Positions 29,513 to 40,651 of a stretch of 64,000 nt of DNA are shown one piece after another. The stretch is from contig CAWBKB010000001.1 of assembly GCA_963789265.1 (NCBI GenBank), positions 928,001 to 992,000 of the forward strand, read 5' to 3'. The notes below the pieces were generated by a model, which had not been told where the DNA came from, made no database searches, and saw only the letters and a list, made by a program, of their open reading frames with translations. The stretch's first letter is position 1. Each line of letters opens with the position of its first letter. The stretch is from an uncultured delta proteobacterium. GTDB taxonomy: Bacteria > Desulfobacterota > Desulfomonilia > Desulfomonilales > Desulfomonilaceae. Both the position numbers and the translations under genes were made by a program.

Positions 29513-29528
29513 AGCTATCTGGTTGCCA
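29513..29528 (-). promoter_or_regulatory. Putative sigma54 (-24/-12) promoter
   Basis: Minus strand TGGCAA-CCAGA-TAGCT with correct GG-N10-GC spacing, about 70 nt upstream of ATG 29440. Confidence 0.5.
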
Positions 29529-29589
29529 CGTACTTAGTCACCCGAACGCTCAATTGCAAGAACAGGATTGCAAAAAAAACCTCACATTG

Positions 29590-31845
29590 TCATGCAGGCA
29601 GCTTGACGGCGGATTCTTGTTGGTTCAAGGGAAGCCATACCGTGAACGTGGTTCCGCTCTCGTCTGAATGAACCGATATCGATCCATTGTGGGCCTCAAT
29701 AATTTTCTTGGATACTGTTAAGCCTATTCCGGTACCGTAATTTTTGGTCGTAAAGAACGGGCTAAAGATTCTCTGTACATCTTCCGCTTTGATCACGGAG
29801 CCATGATTCCGGACCTTGAATTCAAAGTAACTTTCTGCTTCCAGTGCAGCGGCTTCGCGCGCCTTACTGCCGGGCCTTGAAATCCCTGTTTCTACGTGTA
29901 GTGTTTCTCCACATGGTGATGCATCCATTGCATTAGAAATGAGATTACGTACCACCTGCTCGAAGCGGTCCGGATCCAAGAAAACCTCACCAACCTCGCT
30001 GCGGAGAGTAACAGCCAGTTTAAGACTCTTTTCCTCAATTACTTCCTTATAGAGTTCCAGGACCTTTTCAACAATGCGGGCAGGGTCGGCCATCTCCTTG
30101 GTTATGGTCTCACGCCTCGTGTAATCGATCAAAGCGTTGAGTATCTTTTCCAACCTTTGGATTTCGGAGCTTATTATCCGGACCGCGTGCCCTTTGCCTG
30201 CATCGCTGCTAATGTCGCACGAATCCAGTTGCCTGGCTATTCGCCGAGCAAAACCACCGATTATTGTCAGCGGCTGTCGGAGTTCATGCGCCACCTCGGC
30301 CGTGTGCTCTGCAATGGCTCGTGCTTTTCTTGATTCTACAATGTGGGCGTAGAGATCGTCGATTATTCGTATTTTTTCCAGCAACTGTTCCCGAGACTCC
30401 CGCAATTGCTCCTGCAACCTTCTTCTCCGGGTAATATCCCTCATGACCCCTTCGTAATGGATGTTGCCATTCCCGTCATGACCAAGCGTCTTGCACCGAA
30501 TTCGAGCGAATTTCTTTTCCCCATCCGCGTCCAGTAGTCTTATTTCCTCATCCCATATAGAATCCTGAGCCAATCGGGAGATAGACTCAATTTTTCCTCT
30601 CTCCTGGGGTACCACGTAGGATTCAAGCGGAGTGTCCAGAATTTCCCGTAGGGGCCGCCTCAGAAATTCCTCCGCCGGAGTATTAAGGTACGTGAATCGT
30701 CCCTTATCATCAAGAATGAAGATAACATCCGGGACCTCTTCCACAAGCGTGTGGAAAAGTTGTTCTGAAGTCCGCAACATTTCTTCTATCCGCGTGCGTT
30801 CGTTAATTTCCCGTTTCAAGTCTTCATTCAAGTGGAGAAGCTCCGCTGTCCGCTCCGCCACGCGTGACTCCAATTCCTCGTAGGCTCTTTTCAATTTCTC
30901 ATTTTTCTGCTGACGTTCGGTAATGTCCCGGATGATGGCGGTAAAGAACACACCTTGTTGTGTCTTCGAAGCTGAAATGGAGACTTCTGCCGGGAATTCC
31001 GTGCCGTCTTTTCTAAGGCCGACTACTTCACGCACTCGTTTGGAATAATATAAGCTGCCGGACGCAATTGCCCTTTGCATCGCGCGTTCGTGTAAGGCAC
31101 GGAAGCGTTCGGGCATTAAGATGGTTACAGGACGATTCAAAACTTCTTCGACTGTATAGCCGAAGGTGCTAGCGGCCGCCGTGTTCCACCATGTAACGTT
31201 GCCAAGGTCGTCGGCGCCGATAATGGGATCGTTAGCCGTCTCCAGGACGGATAGAAGTCGTTCGTTACTTTCAAGCAGGGCCTTTTCCGCTTGCTTTGCT
31301 TGGGCAACCTTCCTAAGGAGAATGCTGTTGACCTCTCTCAGTCTGCCGATCCCCCGATCCCGGCGTTCCTCCTCGTCCAATGTGCGCTGGGTGATATCCT
31401 CAATTATGTGCAGCCTGTAGGAAGTTTGGCCTCGTTCGTCCCGAATGGGGGAAGCCGTAAGATTGATCCATAAGATCCTTCCGTCTTTCTTTATGTAGCG
31501 CATTTCCGCCGTATAGTGAGGAATTTCACCTCTGAACAGGCCGTTGGAGCGCTCAATATCCCTCTCAATGTCACTCGGGTGGACGATTCCGAAAAAGGTG
31601 AGTTTGGTGAGTTCGGCTTCCGTGAAACCCAACATTCGGCAAAGGCTGGGATTGGCGGCAACGATCCGGTGATCCCGGCGCACGACGGCAACGCCGAAAG
31701 GGGTGGCATTAAACAATCGACGGAAAGCTTCCACCTGCAACTCATTTTGAAGATCGGCCGCCGAGGCTTCGTTCCGGGCAGCACTATCGGCTCGGTCAGT
31801 CGACCGGGCATACTGCTTATATTGCATCTCGTCTAGCTCTTCCAT
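29590..31845 (-). CDS. Cytoplasmic multi-PAS sensor histidine kinase
   Basis: Three PAS domains; H box VAHELRQPL, N box NLISNA, FSPFFTTK, GTGIGL. Confidence 0.9.
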   Translation of the reverse strand: MEELDEMQYKQYARSTDRADSAARNEASAADLQNELQVEAFRRLFNATPFGVAVVRRDHRIVAANPSLCRMLGFTEAELTKLTFFGIVHPSDIERDIERSNGLFRGEIPHYTAEMRYIKKDGRILWINLTASPIRDERGQTSYRLHIIEDITQRTLDEEERRDRGIGRLREVNSILLRKVAQAKQAEKALLESNERLLSVLETANDPIIGADDLGNVTWWNTAAASTFGYTVEEVLNRPVTILMPERFRALHERAMQRAIASGSLYYSKRVREVVGLRKDGTEFPAEVSISASKTQQGVFFTAIIRDITERQQKNEKLKRAYEELESRVAERTAELLHLNEDLKREINERTRIEEMLRTSEQLFHTLVEEVPDVIFILDDKGRFTYLNTPAEEFLRRPLREILDTPLESYVVPQERGKIESISRLAQDSIWDEEIRLLDADGEKKFARIRCKTLGHDGNGNIHYEGVMRDITRRRRLQEQLRESREQLLEKIRIIDDLYAHIVESRKARAIAEHTAEVAHELRQPLTIIGGFARRIARQLDSCDISSDAGKGHAVRIISSEIQRLEKILNALIDYTRRETITKEMADPARIVEKVLELYKEVIEEKSLKLAVTLRSEVGEVFLDPDRFEQVVRNLISNAMDASPCGETLHVETGISRPGSKAREAAALEAESYFEFKVRNHGSVIKAEDVQRIFSPFFTTKNYGTGIGLTVSKKIIEAHNGSISVHSDESGTTFTVWLPLNQQESAVKLPA

Positions 31846-31860
31846 ATAGAGCCTCCTGTA

Positions 31861-32555
31861 TCATCCGTGTTCGGCCATGAGCTGAGGAGATTTGAGATGA
31901 CGCACAAACCACTGCCGAGCAAGGATTGCTACCTTGTCCAGAGCACCCGGTTCCTCGAATAGATGAGTGGCCCCGTGTACGATTCGAGCTTCTTCTCAGC
32001 GCTCAGGGCGGCTAATGCTTTCTCATTCAATTTGAGCACCGTGGAATCTTTTCCGCCTACGATGAGCAGCGTAGAGGCTTTCACTTGGCCTAGAATGTCC
32101 ACAGCCAAGTCCGGCCTGCCCCCACGCGAGACAACAGCATGAATTAACCCCGGCCGTTCTTTTGCGGCAACAAGCGCGGCCGCAGCCCCGGTACTCGATC
32201 CAAAGCAACCAATGTCCAGACCGTGGGTGTCCGGAGAAGTTACGAGCCAATCAACGGCGACTACAACTCTGTGCGCCAGCAGATCGATGTCAAAGCGGAG
32301 ATGTCGAGTTTGAAGGTCTATGCGCTCTTCTTCGGGAGTTAGCAGATCCATGAGCAGTGTTGCCGGCCCCCCTTGTCGGAGGGTTTTTGCAACGAATCGG
32401 TTTCGCCTGCTGTGTCGGCTGCTCCCACTGCCATGTGCAAAGACCACGATACTTTCAGCCCCTGAAGGTATGTTCAGATCGCCTTCCAGGAAGGTCGAAT
32501 ACATTGCTATCTTTACCGGACGGTCTTCAATCGGCGAACCTGGATTCGTATTCAT
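31861..32555 (-). CDS. Dienelactone hydrolase-family alpha/beta hydrolase (one base missing near the 3' end)
   Basis: FAHGSGSSRHS, GCFGSSTGA, VSRGGRPDL; adding one base near 31984 restores IVHGATHLFEEPGAL and a stop at 31861. Confidence 0.8.
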
Positions 32556-33238
32556 GCTCGCCTCCTGTTTCCGGATGCTCCGGCCGACTCCGGATCAAAT
32601 AATTGGCATGCTCGAGCAACCGGCAAACTTCTTCATCAGACGTCTGTGAGAAGTCCGCATACCAGATTCCGACCGCGGAAAATGGTCGCGGTGTCATAAG
32701 GCAAATCACTTCGTCGGCCAAGAGTTTAAACGATTCACATGTTTCAGGCGGAGCAACCGGGACCGTGACGACGACCCGCGAGGGCCGCTTTGCTCGCACT
32801 GCAGAAACCGCTGCGCGCATGCTGGCACCCGTGGCGAGACCGTCATCCACTACAATCACGGTTTTGCCTTGAATTTCGAGGGGAGGGCGGCCGCCGCGAT
32901 AAGCTGATTCACGCCGTCGCAATTCCTCCTTTTCCCGGGCGACAACTCTGTCTCTCATGGTTCGGGACAGGTTAAGTGTTCTTAGAATGTCTTCATTCCA
33001 GCCCACCACGTCGCCCGAAGCGATGGCGCCCATTGCCAATTCTTCATGGCCGGGTACACCGAGTTTGCGCACTACGAAGACGTCTAAAGGCACACGGAGA
33101 GCTTCTGCGACCTCTAACCCGACCGGTACGCCGCCTCGTGCAAGCGCAAGTACCGATGGCATCTGAAAATTTCTCATGCTTTGAAAGCTCCTCTGCCAAT
33201 CTTTTACCGGCATCGCTTCTGTTGATGAATCTTGTCAT
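32527..33238 (-). CDS. Phosphoribosyltransferase-family protein (+1 frameshift near 33154)
   Basis: FINRSDAGKRLAEEL in one frame; VLALARGGVPV, VRKLGVPGHEELAMGA and VVDDGLATGASM in the next. Confidence 0.8.
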
Positions 33239-33557
33239 AGTCTTTCACCATCTATCCGAGTCAGCAAACACCACCGTATCCACACCTCCCTGTCATTAGA
33301 CGCCTTGGCCCCTGACCGTCGCAATTTGTAGCTGATGGCGAATCAGCCCACCGTCAATCTGACTCCTCGTACCACTCAATCCTACCCCTACCGCTGCCGG
33401 GCCGGAGTCGAAAGACACTTGGCGCTATGACCGACGACACCTCACTACAGTTAGTATAATGCACTTCTGATATTGCGGAAGGTGGCTTAAACACTGCTGC
33501 TGAGGAGGGAACGACAAAAGAGAGCCTAATTCAGAGCCATGTTGTACCAATTCGCGT

Positions 33558-33730
33558 TCAAACAAGTGACATCGTGTTTTTAGTGGGACAGTCTCGCCTG
33601 GGGCGGGATTGTCTGTCGTCATGCCCGCGTACGCGGTCCCGCGCGACGCGGGACAGACTGGACCCCGGATCGAAGTCCGGGGTGACGAATGGAAGGCAAT
33701 TCTGCGTTCTGCGCGGGACGGTCCTACTGT
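33558..33730. repeat. Composite REP-like element, inverted homologue of 54540-54703
   Basis: Shared AAGTGACA end and GTCATGCCCGCGTACGCGG...GGACCCCGGATCGAAGTCCGGG core. Confidence 0.7.
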
Positions 33731-34336
33731 CGTTTTCACGTTTCTTTGTAGCTATCAAGCTATGGGAGTTGGTATTAGGCATTTCTCTTGTAGTGGAAAG
33801 TCATTGCGAGGGGCAGCGTGACGAACCAATCTTGGTTTTGTGCGCTTGCATGCGCATTGGGAAGAGGGGAACTCGCCCTAAATTGCGTGCTCCCCGATCA
33901 AGGTAAGCAAGAATGCCCTCTGACTGGGGCATGTGAATAACAGGACACCTCGAACTCGGATAGGTTTCGCCGGCGAGAGGAAAATCGCAACCGTTCAGCG
34001 GGAGAGGTCGACCAATGAAGGGTGACAGACCCCTTCCCGATGAGCTGTGATGGACTGAACGAGAAAGTCGAAAGGGTTTCTTTGCTGCACGATGCAGGTC
34101 CGAGTGACGGTGAGGCGCGTTCCGCGGGATCACCCCGGACTCCGATCCGAAGATGGTGGGGGCGATCCCGCGAAACGCGGGACCGCCCAGGGCGAATGCC
34201 AGTCGCCCCTACAACGTCCCCCTAATAAAAGGACATCGTTTTGGGCAACTGCTCTAAAATGGTTATCGCCAATAGCCGGGACAATCCGAATCTTTTTTCC
34301 CGTTGAACGGTTACGGAAAATCTTTCTCCTCAAACT

Positions 34337-35300
34337 TCAGGCCAGCGCACTTTCGACAGCTCTAACAATCTTCTCTTTGAGTTCGGGAAGAGGGAGAGTG
34401 GATCTGAGGCCGGCAGCATGACAATGGCCGCCTCCGCCCAGGGATTTAGCAATAAGCGAAACATCCAGGCGATCTTTGGATCGAAGACTCACCCTGGTCA
34501 TGTTGTCTCCGGTCTGAGTGATGAGCACACCCGCTTCAACTCCTCGGCACTCTCTGAGGCGATTCACAAGATTTTCGCCCTCGGAAAGTGCCAGTCCCAG
34601 CCGATCGTAGTCCGAGTGATAAAGAGTGCTCAGAACAAGCTTACCATGCAGCAGGACCTCAATTCGCTCCAACATCAGACGTTCAAGAAAGAGTCGGCCG
34701 AGTGAGTACCTCTTCGAATAGGTGACGGGTGACCTGGTAGGAGTCAAACCCCGATCCGAGCATCTCGGCTCCTACCCGCAGTGTCGTGCTATCGACACCG
34801 GAGAATCGGAAACCGCCCGTATCGGTGATGAGCCCGGTATAGAGGCATTTCCCGACATCTGCCGAGATCTTGTAACCCGCACCGGCTAGAACCTCGTGCA
34901 CCAGTTCGGCTGTGGAAGTAGCTGCCGGTTTCACGTAATTCAAATCGCCGAATTCCGGATTGGTAGGGTGATGGTCTATGTTTATAAGCTTAGCCTTTTC
35001 TCGAAAGAGCTTGATGTCGCCGCAGATACGGCGTTCCTCGGCAACATCGAGGGCTATGATCCATGCAGGAGTGTCGTCTATCCCTTCCGGAGTTGTGATT
35101 AGGGCATTGATCCCAGGTAGAAAATCGAAAAGGTCCGGGAATTTTTCCCCGCTGAAGGGCCAAACCTGTTTGCCCATTTCAGACAAGGCCAGATACATCC
35201 CCAACAGCGACCCAACAGCGTCTCCATCCGGGTTGACGTGAGAGACCACAAGGAATTTATCCTCGTTTTGAACTATGCCGGCAATTTCACGATTCATCTT
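34337..35300 (-). CDS. nrnA: DHH/DHHA1 phosphoesterase (NrnA-like), +1 frameshift near 34710
   Basis: SHVNPDGDAVGS, IDHH, GLITDTGGF, then RVSLRS and GGGGH in the shifted frame; follows rbfA. Start approximate. Confidence 0.8.
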
Positions 35301-35646
35301 TAGTCTCGGCGGGGACAATTTCTTTTAGCAATTTGTTGATGCGAGAAAAATTGTCGAAGGAGGTGTCGTAAAAGAATGAGAGTTCCGGGATGTATTTGAG
35401 ATCCAACTGCTGGCGAAGTTGGTGCCGAATAAATCCTCCAGCGTTTTCGAGCCCTTTTCTGTGCGAGTCAGCCTTCCCATCGGTAAGGCTACTGAAGTAG
35501 ACCTTTGCGGATTTCAAATCATCAGTCATCCTTACCTCGGTTATGGTGACCCCTTGAACCCTTGGGTCTTTGATTCTAAGGACTACAATGTCTGAGATCG
35601 CCTGGCGCAGGAGTTCTGCCACGCGACTTTTTCTAAAGCTGGACAT
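35287..35646 (-). CDS. rbfA: Ribosome-binding factor A
   Basis: IKDPRV, TITEVRMTDDLKSAKVY, YIPELSFFYD; operon position. Confidence 0.95.
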   Translation of the reverse strand: MSSFRKSRVAELLRQAISDIVVLRIKDPRVQGVTITEVRMTDDLKSAKVYFSSLTDGKADSHRKGLENAGGFIRHQLRQQLDLKYIPELSFFYDTSFDNFSRINKLLKEIVPAETKDES

Positions 35647-35693
35647 CTTAGGATGCTTCTTTCAGGCAAACAGGCCGAACTGCGTGCGACCGA

Positions 35694-35981
35694 TCAATAG
35701 TGAACGATTTCGATACGGGAATCTATGATTTCGGCTAAATGCAGGCTATCCACGTAGTTGGTAATGGTTTCGAGCATGCGATGAGCATGTCCGCTGTCAT
35801 TGGTCACCACTGCAAATCCTATGGTGCAGCGCTGCCATTTGTCGTGGTTGTCCACCTCAGCGATGGAAAGATCAAACTTGCCGCGCACCCTACCCAGGAT
35901 GCTCTTGGTAACCTGTCTCTTGGCCTTGAGCGAGCCCGAATTGTGAATCATTAGGTCAATAACGCCCACTCCAACAACCAT
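35694..35981 (-). CDS. DUF503 (YlxP) family protein
   Basis: MVVG...SLKAKRQV...SIAEVDNHDKWQR; between infB and rbfA. Confidence 0.85.
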   Translation of the reverse strand: MVVGVGVIDLMIHNSGSLKAKRQVTKSILGRVRGKFDLSIAEVDNHDKWQRCTIGFAVVTNDSGHAHRMLETITNYVDSLHLAEIIDSRIEIVHY

Positions 35982-36067
35982 TTGATCTCCGGAGCCGGGC
36001 CTCGACTTCAAGTTTGAAAGTGAGCCTGGAAGTGGCGGTGCCGTTGTCTCCCTTGCCGCTTAAACGC

Positions 36068-38872
36068 CTAGGTAAGCTTGGCACTTTCCTTTTCTATGGT
36101 AAATGCCTCAATTATGTCTCCGAGCTTCACGTCTTTAGTATAGTTTTCCAAGGCGATACCGCATTCATATCCTTCCAAAGATTCCTTGATGTCATCTTTT
36201 TGTCGCTTCATGGAGGAGATTCGCCCCTGATAAATCACGATGTTGTCTCGAATCAAACGAACCTGGTTCGATCTGTCGATCTTGCCCGAGGTCACATAAC
36301 ATCCTGCTATCATGCCAATCTTGGGCACGTGGAATGTCTGACGTACCTCGGCTCTGCCCACAATGGTCTCTCTTTCTATGGGGGCAAGCATTCCTTCCAT
36401 AGCCTTGCGCACGTCATCAATGGCTTCGTAGATTACGCTGTACAAGCGTAGATCTATCTTCTCTTCTTCGGCCAATTGTGCCGCTTTGGGTGACGGTCTC
36501 ACATTGAACCCTATTATGATAGCCTTAGAAGCGCTGGCCAGCATTACGTCCGATTCAGTGATTCCGCCCACTCCCCCATGGATAATCTTGACCTTGATCT
36601 CTTGAGCCGAGATTCCCAGTAGAGCCTCTCTGACTGCTTCCACCGAACCCTGCACATCCGCCTTTATGATGATGTTCAGTTCCTTGGTCTGCCGTTCTTG
36701 CATACGGGCCAAGAGGTCCTCAAGTGAAGCCGGGGCGGTGACTGCCGCCTCTTGTTCACGCTGTTTTTGCTGGCGATGCAAACTTATCTGCCTTGCGATC
36801 TTCTCCTCGTCCACCACTACAAACAATTCCCCGGCCTCGGGTACGCCGGATAATCCGTGTACCTCCACCGGAGTAGCCGGACCGGCGTAATCAACGTTGC
36901 GTCCCTCATGATCGAGCATGGCTCTAACTTTGCCGCGATGAGTCCCTGCAACAAAAGGATCACCCAGCTTCAGAGTGCCTTCCTTGACGAGAATTGTAGC
37001 GACCGGCCCTTTGCCTTTATCCAGCCGGGCTTCAATGACTGTGCCTGCTGCAAGCTTATTAGGGTTCGCCTTGAGTTCCATCACCTCGGCTTGCAGCAAG
37101 ATCAGGTCGAGTAATTCATCAATCCCCTCGCCGGTCTTAGCGCTCACGTAGGTGAAGAGAGTGTCCCCGCCCCATGCCTCGGGTATCAGGTTGTGCTGGC
37201 TCAGCTCTCTGATAACTTTGTCTTTATCCGCGTCCGGTTTGTCGATCTTATTGACAGCCACGATGATAGGCACTTCTGCGGCTCGGGCGTGGTTTATAGC
37301 TTCCACGGTCTGGTCCATGACTCCATCGTCCGCGGCCACGACCAGAATGACGAAGTCAGTCACCTGCGCGCCTCTGGCACGCATCGCTGTGAAAGCCTCA
37401 TGACCCGGGGTATCCAGGAACACCAATTCCCCTTTTCCCACCTTAACCTTGTAGGCGCCGATGTGTTGGGTTATTCCGCCTGCTTCCTGATCGGTAACAT
37501 GGGTAGATCTTATCGCGTCCAACAGAGAAGTCTTTCCATGATCCACGTGCCCCATCACTGTGATTACCGGAGGCCTTAGCACCACATTTTCTTCGGTATC
37601 TTTGATCACCGTGGGCAGAAGATCGTGCTCGGATTGCTCGGACGATTCAGTCTCATACCCAAATTCCGAAGCCACCACGCTGGCCGTGTCGAAATCAATG
37701 GCTTCATTTATCGATGCAGCAACCCCGAGGCTTATCAGATGTTGGATCACTTCGGAGGACTTGACACTCATTTTGTGAGCCAAGCTTGCCACGGTGACGA
37801 TTTCCGGCAGCTTCAGGCGTCTCTTGATGGCTTTGGGGGTTGTTATCTCCGTCTTGCGGGGCCTTGGTTTCTTGCCCTTCGTCCTGAGTCTGCCTCTGCC
37901 CCGTTCATCATAGAGATCACCTCTGAGAAGCACTTCCTTGCGTCTACGGACCTTCCCCTTTTCTTCTTCAATCCGTTCTTCGACAATGTCGCGAACTTTC
38001 TTCTCTTTCTTCTTTTTGCGCTTTTCTTCGTCCTGGACAAAATCGGGGGCTACGATCTGCGGTCGGGGTTCAACGACACGGAGAGTTCTCGGCGCCTCCG
38101 GCGCAGGCTTACGCACGACCTCCACTCGCTCGGGTTCCTTAGGACGTTCCTTTCTGAGCTCCACCTTCCCAATAATCTGGGCAGGCTGAATCCTTTTTTC
38201 TTTCTTTTTCTTTTTCTTTGCCTGCTTTTCCTCAGCGGTCAGTCCTTCCTCGGGAGTAGGCCGGGCTTCCGGCGCGGTCGGGGCCGCTTTCTGCCCAGGA
38301 GACACGACAACGTCAGGTACTTCAGCAGATACTGGTGCAGGCTTGACGTGAACGGTCGGGATTCCTTTCAGCTCCGCTGCCGCCTCAGCAGCTCCTGGAA
38401 AAGGCTCTTTCTCAGAAGGAGGTTCAGGCGCGACTGCGGGCTTCACGGCAGGACTCGGCCTCGGGGCCATTTCTATGATTCTTGCAGGCTCCAGCTTCTT
38501 CACTTTCTTAACCGGCTTTGCATGTGGTTCTTTGGTGTGCGGTTTGGGTTCGGTCGGAGCTTTTTCTTCGGCCTCAGTCTCGGTAACTGCCGCTTCCTCG
38601 GAAAGGGCTTCAGCGGAAAGTTCTTCTCTCTCTACTGTCTCGGGACCTTTCTTTACTCTCCGCCGGATCACGGTGGGTTTGATCCGCTGCTCTACAACCT
38701 CCGGTTGCGGGAGAACTGTCACGAGCTGGGCCCGTAACGCGGCAGGGTCATCCGTCTCCAACGGGCTCTCCGGCCCCTCAACTTCATAACCCATAGTCAG
38801 AAGTTCTCTAAGCAAATCTTCATTTCTGACTTTCAAGTCCCGGGCCAAGTCGTCAACGGTCAGCATGGTCAT
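36068..38872 (-). CDS. infB: Translation initiation factor IF-2
   Basis: [44 protein letters not shown]; start set at ATG 38872. Confidence 0.97.
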   Translation of the reverse strand: MTMLTVDDLARDLKVRNEDLLRELLTMGYEVEGPESPLETDDPAALRAQLVTVLPQPEVVEQRIKPTVIRRRVKKGPETVEREELSAEALSEEAAVTETEAEEKAPTEPKPHTKEPHAKPVKKVKKLEPARIIEMAPRPSPAVKPAVAPEPPSEKEPFPGAAEAAAELKGIPTVHVKPAPVSAEVPDVVVSPGQKAAPTAPEARPTPEEGLTAEEKQAKKKKKKEKRIQPAQIIGKVELRKERPKEPERVEVVRKPAPEAPRTLRVVEPRPQIVAPDFVQDEEKRKKKKEKKVRDIVEERIEEEKGKVRRRKEVLLRGDLYDERGRGRLRTKGKKPRPRKTEITTPKAIKRRLKLPEIVTVASLAHKMSVKSSEVIQHLISLGVAASINEAIDFDTASVVASEFGYETESSEQSEHDLLPTVIKDTEENVVLRPPVITVMGHVDHGKTSLLDAIRSTHVTDQEAGGITQHIGAYKVKVGKGELVFLDTPGHEAFTAMRARGAQVTDFVILVVAADDGVMDQTVEAINHARAAEVPIIVAVNKIDKPDADKDKVIRELSQHNLIPEAWGGDTLFTYVSAKTGEGIDELLDLILLQAEVMELKANPNKLAAGTVIEARLDKGKGPVATILVKEGTLKLGDPFVAGTHRGKVRAMLDHEGRNVDYAGPATPVEVHGLSGVPEAGELFVVVDEEKIARQISLHRQQKQREQEAAVTAPASLEDLLARMQERQTKELNIIIKADVQGSVEAVREALLGISAQEIKVKIIHGGVGGITESDVMLASASKAIIIGFNVRPSPKAAQLAEEEKIDLRLYSVIYEAIDDVRKAMEGMLAPIERETIVGRAEVRQTFHVPKIGMIAGCYVTSGKIDRSNQVRLIRDNIVIYQGRISSMKRQKDDIKESLEGYECGIALENYTKDVKLGDIIEAFTIEKESAKLT

Positions 38873-38876
38873 CCAG

Positions 38877-39146
38877 TTACCTCTTCTGTTCGAGCCCCTT
38901 AAGCAGTTCGTGTTTTGCCGGTGCCACAACGTTTCGTCGAAGCGCTCTCGCCAGACAGCCCTTCTTCAGAGCCTTTTCCAAACATTCTTCCTGCGGACAT
39001 ATATAGCACCCTCTGCCTGAGGTTTTGTCTTTTCGAGGAGATACAACTACTTTCTCCCCGCTTGCCTTGAAACGTATCAATTCCGATGCCGGACGTCTGC
39101 GCCGGCATCCGACGCACTGTCTTATCGGGACGTGTCCCTTTTTCAT
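38877..39146 (-). CDS. ylxR: YlxR/DUF448 RNA-binding protein
   Basis: PIRQCVGCR, GRGCYIC...CL; between nusA and infB. Confidence 0.9.
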   Translation of the reverse strand: MKKGHVPIRQCVGCRRRRPASELIRFKASGEKVVVSPRKDKTSGRGCYICPQEECLEKALKKGCLARALRRNVVAPAKHELLKGLEQKR

Positions 39147-40651
39147 GCCGTACGTCTAGTCTGCCTCTTTGCGGCCTTACTTGTCCGCGCCCTGTCGGCA
39201 CCGGCCGCTTTTTGAACCGGTTCTGCTGAAGCCTCTTCCGGGATCTCTTCTTCCGCCGCTGTTGTCGGCATCTCTTCCGGGGTCGGTGGTTCAGCTATCG
39301 GTGTTTCCCCCTCAACCTCAACCTCAGCCTCAGCCTCGACCTTAGCCTCAGCATCCGCTGCCGGGCCTTCGGCTTCGCCCTCGCTTTCGGCTCCCAGGTC
39401 TCTTTGCTCAGGCGGATTGGCCAAGTAACGGAGAGCCCCTTGCAGCAGCAATGTTCCTTTTTCCTCCGTAATTCCCATGAAGCTCGTCAACTCCGGAAGG
39501 GTGGCCTTAGCTATATCTTCAGGTGTTCGGTATCCGTTATCGAATAATATGGTAGCAGTCTCTTCGTCCATGCTGTCAATTTGGATCAGCCGTTCGAAGG
39601 ATTCCCCGGTAATTTTCTCCTCTTTGGATTCGCTTCTCACATCAATCTTCCAGCCCGTGAGCTTTGCGGCAAGCCTTACGTTCTGCCCTTTCTTGCCGAT
39701 GGCCAGCGATAGCTGATCATCGGCCACGATGACTTCCATCGTGCTGGTGTCCTGATCAATAATTACCTTTGAAATGTCAGCAGGTTGCAGGGCATTGCAT
39801 ACAAAATGAGCTGAGTCATCGTTCCAAGGGATAATATCTATCTTCTCACCTCTAAGCTCTTGCACGACAGCTTGAACCCTGGATCCTTTCATGCCTACGC
39901 ACGCTCCGACCGGGTCAACATCGGCATCCGAGGATCGCACACCGATTTTGGCCCTTTGTCCGGGTTCTCTTGCCGCACACATGATCCTCACGATACCTTC
40001 CGCGATTTCAGGAACTTCCTGCTCGAAAAGCTTTACTAAAAAGGCGGGATTGGACCGCGAAAGAATGATCTGAGGGTCTTTCTGCGTCTGCCTCACATCC
40101 AGGAGCAGGGCCCTGATCCTGTCCCCTTGCCTGAAGTTCTCACGGGGAATCTGCTCGCTATATGGAAGGATGGCCTCACCCCGGCCTAGATTCACGATCA
40201 GGTTACGTTTCTCGAACCGTTGCACCATTCCGGTGATTACGTCGCCTTTGCGGTCCTTGTATTCCGTGTACAAATTCTCGCGTTCCGCATCTTTTACTTT
40301 CTGAATTATCACCTGCTTGGCGGTCTGTGCGGCGATGCGGCCGAAACTCTCGGTGTCCATCTTTACGCCGAGTTGGTCGCCAACCTCGGCTTCCGGGTCC
40401 AATTCGCGACGTGCGGTGTCGAGATCGATCTGGACCGTGGAATCTTCGACCTGGTCGACGACATCCTTGAAGAGGAAGACCTCCACTTCGCCTGTTTCGT
40501 CGCTGTACTGGGCTTCAAGCTCTACCCGGTTGCCATATTTTTTTCTTGCTGCAGAGACCAGGGCGGCTTCCAGAGCTTCGACGAGTGTCCCTCTTTCTAT
40601 TCCCTTTTCTTTGGCGACCTGGTCTATCATTCGGTTCAAGTTCATGGTCAA
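39143..40651 (-). CDS. nusA: Transcription factor NusA
   Basis: FGRIAAQTAKQVI, DPVGACVGMKGSRV, LSLAIGKKGQNVRLA; acidic tail. Confidence 0.97.
   Translation of the reverse strand: MTMNLNRMIDQVAKEKGIERGTLVEALEAALVSAARKKYGNRVELEAQYSDETGEVEVFLFKDVVDQVEDSTVQIDLDTARRELDPEAEVGDQLGVKMDTESFGRIAAQTAKQVIIQKVKDAERENLYTEYKDRKGDVITGMVQRFEKRNLIVNLGRGEAILPYSEQIPRENFRQGDRIRALLLDVRQTQKDPQIILSRSNPAFLVKLFEQEVPEIAEGIVRIMCAAREPGQRAKIGVRSSDADVDPVGACVGMKGSRVQAVVQELRGEKIDIIPWNDDSAHFVCNALQPADISKVIIDQDTSTMEVIVADDQLSLAIGKKGQNVRLAAKLTGWKIDVRSESKEEKITGESFERLIQIDSMDEETATILFDNGYRTPEDIAKATLPELTSFMGITEEKGTLLLQGALRYLANPPEQRDLGAESEGEAEGPAADAEAKVEAEAEVEVEGETPIAEPPTPEEMPTTAAEEEIPEEASAEPVQKAAGADRARTSKAAKRQTRRTA

Noticed and set aside
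37625..38737. Long antisense ORFs (also 42785-43684, 45278-46087, 7113-7790)
   Set aside because: Shadow frames of infB, the PpiD-like gene, mreB and the lpxC fusion; no recognisable motifs.
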